Of a stretch of DNA of 10,888 bases, positions 7,431 to 10,888 are shown one piece after another. Position 1 is the stretch's first letter. The number at the start of each line of letters is the position of its first letter. The DNA is from Candidatus Methylomirabilia bacterium. Its GTDB lineage: Bacteria > Methylomirabilota > Methylomirabilia > Rokubacteriales > CSP1-6. The notes beneath the pieces were generated by a model that had not been told where the DNA came from, ran no database searches, and saw only the letters and a list, made by a program, of their open reading frames with translations. Both the position numbers and the translations under genes were made by a program. The stretch is from contig JBGPXN010000157.1 of the NCBI GenBank assembly GCA_041492755.1, forward strand, positions 1 through 10,888, read 5' to 3'.

Positions 7431-8063
7431 TCACGTCGCGCGCCGCGCCTGCTGGACGGCGTCGAGCAGCTCGCGGGTGGCGCGCGCCGGGTCCGGCGCG
7501 GCGCACACCGCCGAGATCACCGCGACGCCGTCGGCGCCGGCCCGCACCACGTCGCCCGCGTTGGCGGCGGTGATCCCGCCGATGCCTATGAGAGGAACGC
7601 GGATCTGGGGTCGGAGTTTCCGGATGAGGTCGGGGCCGACGAGCGTGAAGTCGGGCTTGCTGCCGGTGGGGAAGACGGAGCCGACGGCGACGTAATCACC
7701 GCCGCGCTCCTGGGCCGCGCGGGCCTGGGCCACGTCGTGGGTGGACAGGCCCATCAGCATTCCCGGGCGCAGGAGTGGCCGGGCCGCGTCGGGCGGCAGG
7801 TCGTCCTGTCCCAGGTGGACACCGTCGGCGTCGACGGCGAGGGCGAGATCGATGCGATCGTTGACGATGAAGGCGACGCCCGCCTCGCGGCAGCGCGCGC
7901 GAAGGCGGCGGGCAAGCGGCAGCAGCGTCCCCGACGGCCACGTCTTCTCCCGGAGCTGGACGATGCGACAGCCGCCGGCGATGGCGCCCTCGAGCACGGC
8001 GCCGAGGTCGCGCCCGGCGGCGGCGGTGCGGTCGAGGATGACGTAGACGGAGGCGTCGATCAC
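7431..8063 (-). CDS. thiE: Thiamine-phosphate synthase
   Basis: Start reassigned to GTG at 8063-8061 (GTGA overlap with accC stop), 210 aa; QLREK, NDRIDLA, DGVHLGQDD, GLSTH, DYVAVGSVFPTGSK, IGGI, GVAVISAV. Confidence 0.93.
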   Translation of the reverse strand: MIDASVYVILDRTAAAGRDLGAVLEGAIAGGCRIVQLREKTWPSGTLLPLARRLRARCREAGVAFIVNDRIDLALAVDADGVHLGQDDLPPDAARPLLRPGMLMGLSTHDVAQARAAQERGGDYVAVGSVFPTGSKPDFTLVGPDLIRKLRPQIRVPLIGIGGITAANAGDVVRAGADGVAVISAVCAAPDPARATRELLDAVQQARRAT

Positions 8064-9397
8064 GACGTGAGGCGCGCGACGTCGACGCTGGTGACGCGCC
8101 CCTCGACGAAGGCCGGATCGTGGAGCACGCGGAGCAGGAAGGGGACGGTCGTCTTCACGCCCTCCACCTGCGTCTCCCGCAGCGCGCGGCGCATGCGGGC
8201 GATGGCCTCGGCGCGATCGCCACCGCGCACGATGATCTTGGCCAGCAGCGAGTCGTAGAACGGCGGGACCACGTAAGGCGCCATGAGGTGACTGTCCACC
8301 CGGACGCCGAACCCCCCGGGTGCGACCCACGCGGTCACCCGGCCGGCGCTGGGCGCGAAGGTCCGGGGGTCTTCGGCGTTCACCCGGCACTCGATGGCGT
8401 GCCCGTCGAAGGAAACCGCGTCCTGCCGGTACCCGAGCGGCTCGCCGGAGGCCACGCGCAGCTGTTCACGCACGAGGTCGATGCCGGTGATCATCTCCGT
8501 GACCGGATGCTCGACCTGAAGCCGCGTGTTCATCTCGATGAAGAAGAAGCGCTCGTCCGCGTCCACCAGGAACTCGACGGTGCCGGCGTTGACGTAGTTC
8601 ACGGCCGCCGCGGCGGTCAGGGCCGCGCGATGCAGAGCGGCGCGCGTGTCCGGGCGGAGCGCGGGCGCCGGCGACTCCTCGATCAGCTTCTGGTGTCGCC
8701 GCTGCACCGAGCAATCGCGCTCGCCGAGGTGCACCCGGATGCCGTGCTGATCGCCGAGCACCTGGACCTCGACGTGCCGGGCCGCCTCCACGAACTTCTC
8801 GCAGTAGATCTCGTTCGAGCCGAAGGCGGCCTCCGCTTCCGCCTGGCAGGCCGCGAATGCCGGTGCCGCCGCGGACTCGTCGCGCACGATCCGCATGCCG
8901 CGGCCGCCGCCACCCGCGGCGGCCTTGAAGATCACCGGGTACCCGATGCGCGAGGCGACGTCGACCGCCTCCCGGCCGTCGGCGAGCGGCACCTCGCTGC
9001 CCGGCATCACCGGCACCCCCGCCTGCCGCGCGATCTCGCGCGCGCGTGACTTGTCGCCCATGAGGCGGATGGCTTCCGGCGACGGGCCGATGAACGTGAT
9101 GCCGCAGCTGCGACAGATGTCGGCGAAGGCGGGGTTTTCGGCCAGGAAACCGTAGCCGGGATGGACCGCCTCGCTGTCGGTGATGGCGATGGCCGAGATG
9201 ATGGACGGAATGTTGAGGTAACTGGCGCGCGGGTCGGCGGGACCGACGCAGATCGATTCGTCGGCGACGCGCACGGGCAGCGAATCGGCGTCGGCCTTCG
9301 AATGCGCGATCACGGTCCGGATGCCGAGCTCGCGGCAGGTCCGGATGATCCGGAGCGCGATCTCGCCGCGGTTCGCGATCAGGATCTTGTGGAAGAT
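8060..9397 (-). CDS. accC: Acetyl-CoA carboxylase biotin carboxylase subunit (apparent ATC start)
   Basis: HPGYGFLAEN, GGGGRG, RDCSVQRRHQK, EMNTRLQVEHPVTE, YDSLLAK. The frame extends 28 codons upstream of the ORF-track GTG (9313) as IFHKILIANRGEIALRIIRTCRELGIRT, the canonical AccC N-terminus, giving 445 aa from ATC at 9397-9395. Identity is secure; the start codon is uncertain. Confidence 0.92.
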   Translation of the reverse strand: MFHKILIANRGEIALRIIRTCRELGIRTVIAHSKADADSLPVRVADESICVGPADPRASYLNIPSIISAIAITDSEAVHPGYGFLAENPAFADICRSCGITFIGPSPEAIRLMGDKSRAREIARQAGVPVMPGSEVPLADGREAVDVASRIGYPVIFKAAAGGGGRGMRIVRDESAAAPAFAACQAEAEAAFGSNEIYCEKFVEAARHVEVQVLGDQHGIRVHLGERDCSVQRRHQKLIEESPAPALRPDTRAALHRAALTAAAAVNYVNAGTVEFLVDADERFFFIEMNTRLQVEHPVTEMITGIDLVREQLRVASGEPLGYRQDAVSFDGHAIECRVNAEDPRTFAPSAGRVTAWVAPGGFGVRVDSHLMAPYVVPPFYDSLLAKIIVRGGDRAEAIARMRRALRETQVEGVKTTVPFLLRVLHDPAFVEGRVTSVDVARLTS

Positions 9398-9460
9398 GTC
9401 GTCACCCGTCCTGGTGGCATGGTGCGGCGGGCGCCGGTTTCCCGCGCCGAGTTGCCGACG

Positions 9461-10753
9461 TCACACGCCGAGGCGCTGCCGCCAGTAGGACTCGAGCTCG
9501 GCCAACCGGAGACCGTAGACACCGGGAATCACGGCGGCGACAGGCTCTCCCATTCCGAGCCGCGTGAGAAGCGCTCGCATCGGGGGCGTACCACCCCGGG
9601 TCACCAGATCTTGCACGATCCAGAGGGCCACGTCGTAGCCGACGCGCGCGCGCGCGGGATCGGCCCGGGCGATCAAGGCGTCGAGACCGGCGAGATCGAA
9701 GTCGTCCGGCACCCGCGGGCTGGCCTCGGCGCTCGCGCCCTCGAGCACCTGCGCGAGGCCCTCCTGCAGCCATCGCGGCGCTCGGCCCCGCGAGAGGTCG
9801 TGGACGGCGGCATGGGCGTACTCGTGCACGAGCAGACGCTCCAGCGTCGGCGCGGGGGGCAGCGCGGGGCCGAGCGGCAGCCGGATCTTGCCATCGAAGA
9901 GCCCCGACACCCACGGGTGCACGCCGGCCACGTGGCGGAACTCGGCGTCCTCGTACAGGACGACGGTCACGCGGTCGAGGGGGCGATAGCCGAGTTGCGT
10001 CCCCACGCGCTCGTAGGCGGCCTCCAGCAGCCGGGGCAACACCCGGCGCGCCTCGGCCTCTCGCGAGCCGCGGTACTTGATGACGAAGTGCGGAGTCGTC
10101 ATGCGCCGGAAGCCGGACTCGGCCTGCCGCTCGCGCTCGATCTTGTCGAAGAGCCGCCGCGCGCCTTCGTGCTCCGGCTCGGCCGTCACCACCGCGCGCA
10201 GATGGGCGAGGGCCTGCGCAGCCTCGTCGCGCTGGTCGTAGAGGCGCGCGAGCAGCAGCCGCGCGGGCACGCGCGGGTCCGCGCTCACGGCGCGCTCGAG
10301 CGGCTCCACCGCCTCGCCGGCGCGTCCGGCGTGAATGGCGGCGACGCCCAGCCCCGTCAACAGATCCGGCGCGTCCGGCGTCGCGCGGAGCCCGCGACGG
10401 AAGAGCAGCATCGCCTCCTCGGCGCGGCCTTCGCGCATGGCCTGCCAGGCCCAGCCCTCGAAGCATCCCGCGAGGTCGCGGCGCCGCGCCGTGCTCGCGG
10501 GCTCGTGCTCGGCGGCGCGATCGAACCGCTCGCACGCCGCCGGAAACTGGCCGGCCGCGTAGAGGCGAACGCCTTCCTCGCGGAGCGCATGGGCGGTGGA
10601 AACAGCCGCGCCGGCGAGTGCTATCCTCGCCGGCGCGGGCTCGCGAGTGTCGAGCGCGACTCCGGCGCCCAGCCACCAGGCCGCTGCCGCCACGACGCCT
10701 CCGACAGCAGCCAACGCCGCCCCGAGCGCCTGCAAGCGTCGGGAGTGGGCCAT
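9461..10753 (-). CDS. TPR-repeat protein with C-terminal gluzincin zinc peptidase (peptidase MA-like) domain and N-terminal signal/TM segment
   Basis: 430 aa; hydrophobic N-terminus (LGAALAAVGGVVAAAAWWLGAG), several TPR-like helix pairs (e.g. LTGLGVAAIHAGRAGEAVEPLERAVSADP), then GLFDGKIRLP, HEYAH (HExxH) and PRWLQEGLAQ (third ligand Glu). Confidence 0.85.
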   Translation of the reverse strand: MAHSRRLQALGAALAAVGGVVAAAAWWLGAGVALDTREPAPARIALAGAAVSTAHALREEGVRLYAAGQFPAACERFDRAAEHEPASTARRRDLAGCFEGWAWQAMREGRAEEAMLLFRRGLRATPDAPDLLTGLGVAAIHAGRAGEAVEPLERAVSADPRVPARLLLARLYDQRDEAAQALAHLRAVVTAEPEHEGARRLFDKIERERQAESGFRRMTTPHFVIKYRGSREAEARRVLPRLLEAAYERVGTQLGYRPLDRVTVVLYEDAEFRHVAGVHPWVSGLFDGKIRLPLGPALPPAPTLERLLVHEYAHAAVHDLSRGRAPRWLQEGLAQVLEGASAEASPRVPDDFDLAGLDALIARADPARARVGYDVALWIVQDLVTRGGTPPMRALLTRLGMGEPVAAVIPGVYGLRLAELESYWRQRLGV

Positions 10754-10761
10754 GAGGACGC

Positions 10762-10888
10762 TCAGCCTTCCGGCTCGATGAGGAAGAGTGGCTGGCCGTA
10801 CTCCACGGCCTGGCCGTTCTCCACGAGGATCTTGGCGACGCGCCCGGCCGTTCGGGTTTCGATCTCGTTCATCAGCTTCATCGCCTCG
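10762..10888 (-). CDS. accB: Biotin carboxyl carrier protein of acetyl-CoA carboxylase (3' part only)
   Basis: Not in the ORF track. Manual translation from 10887 gives [41 protein letters not shown], with the EAMK biotinylation motif and the VEYGQPLF C-terminus; TGA at 10764-10762. Confidence 0.93.
   Translation of the reverse strand, partial: EAMKLMNEIETRTAGRVAKILVENGQAVEYGQPLFLIEPEG

Noticed and set aside
8064..8390. N-terminal extension of the 319-aa ORF containing thiE
   Set aside because: Overlaps accC in another frame; ThiE similarity starts at the GTG at 8063.
164..9155. Long plus-strand ORFs (e.g. 164-955, 646-1674, 2819-4165, 6272-7573, 7350-8258, 8120-9049)
   Set aside because: Antisense shadows of well-supported minus-strand genes, expected in GC-rich DNA; no recognisable motifs.
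9402..10676. 424-aa minus-strand alternative-frame ORF (also 1188-2246, 695-1234 and similar)
   Set aside because: Arg/Ala/Pro-rich off-frame translation nested in real genes; no domain signal.

Overview
GC-rich bacterial window with every credible gene on the minus strand. In transcription order (right to left): 3' end of accB; a TPR plus gluzincin (peptidase MA-like, HEYAH) protein with an N-terminal membrane/signal segment; accC; thiE; then a sigma70-type promoter and a livK-livH-livM-livG-livF (HAAT-type) amino acid ABC transporter. The transporter is followed, via overlapping or abutting stop/start codons, by a MaoC-like hotdog protein, an ornithine cyclodeaminase/mu-crystallin family protein, a MOSC (YiiM-like) protein and the 5' end of a DAO-family FAD oxidoreductase. 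No mobile element, CRISPR, rRNA or tRNA is evident. Most notable: (1) accC has ATC where its start Met should be and lies in frame with the upstream UGA plus a hairpin; (2) a TPR-peptidase gene splits accB from accC; (3) the 344-nt livK-livH spacer is highly structured; (4) the enzyme module behind the transporter may be an uncharacterised amino/imino acid pathway. Family calls come from motif recognition by eye, not database searches.
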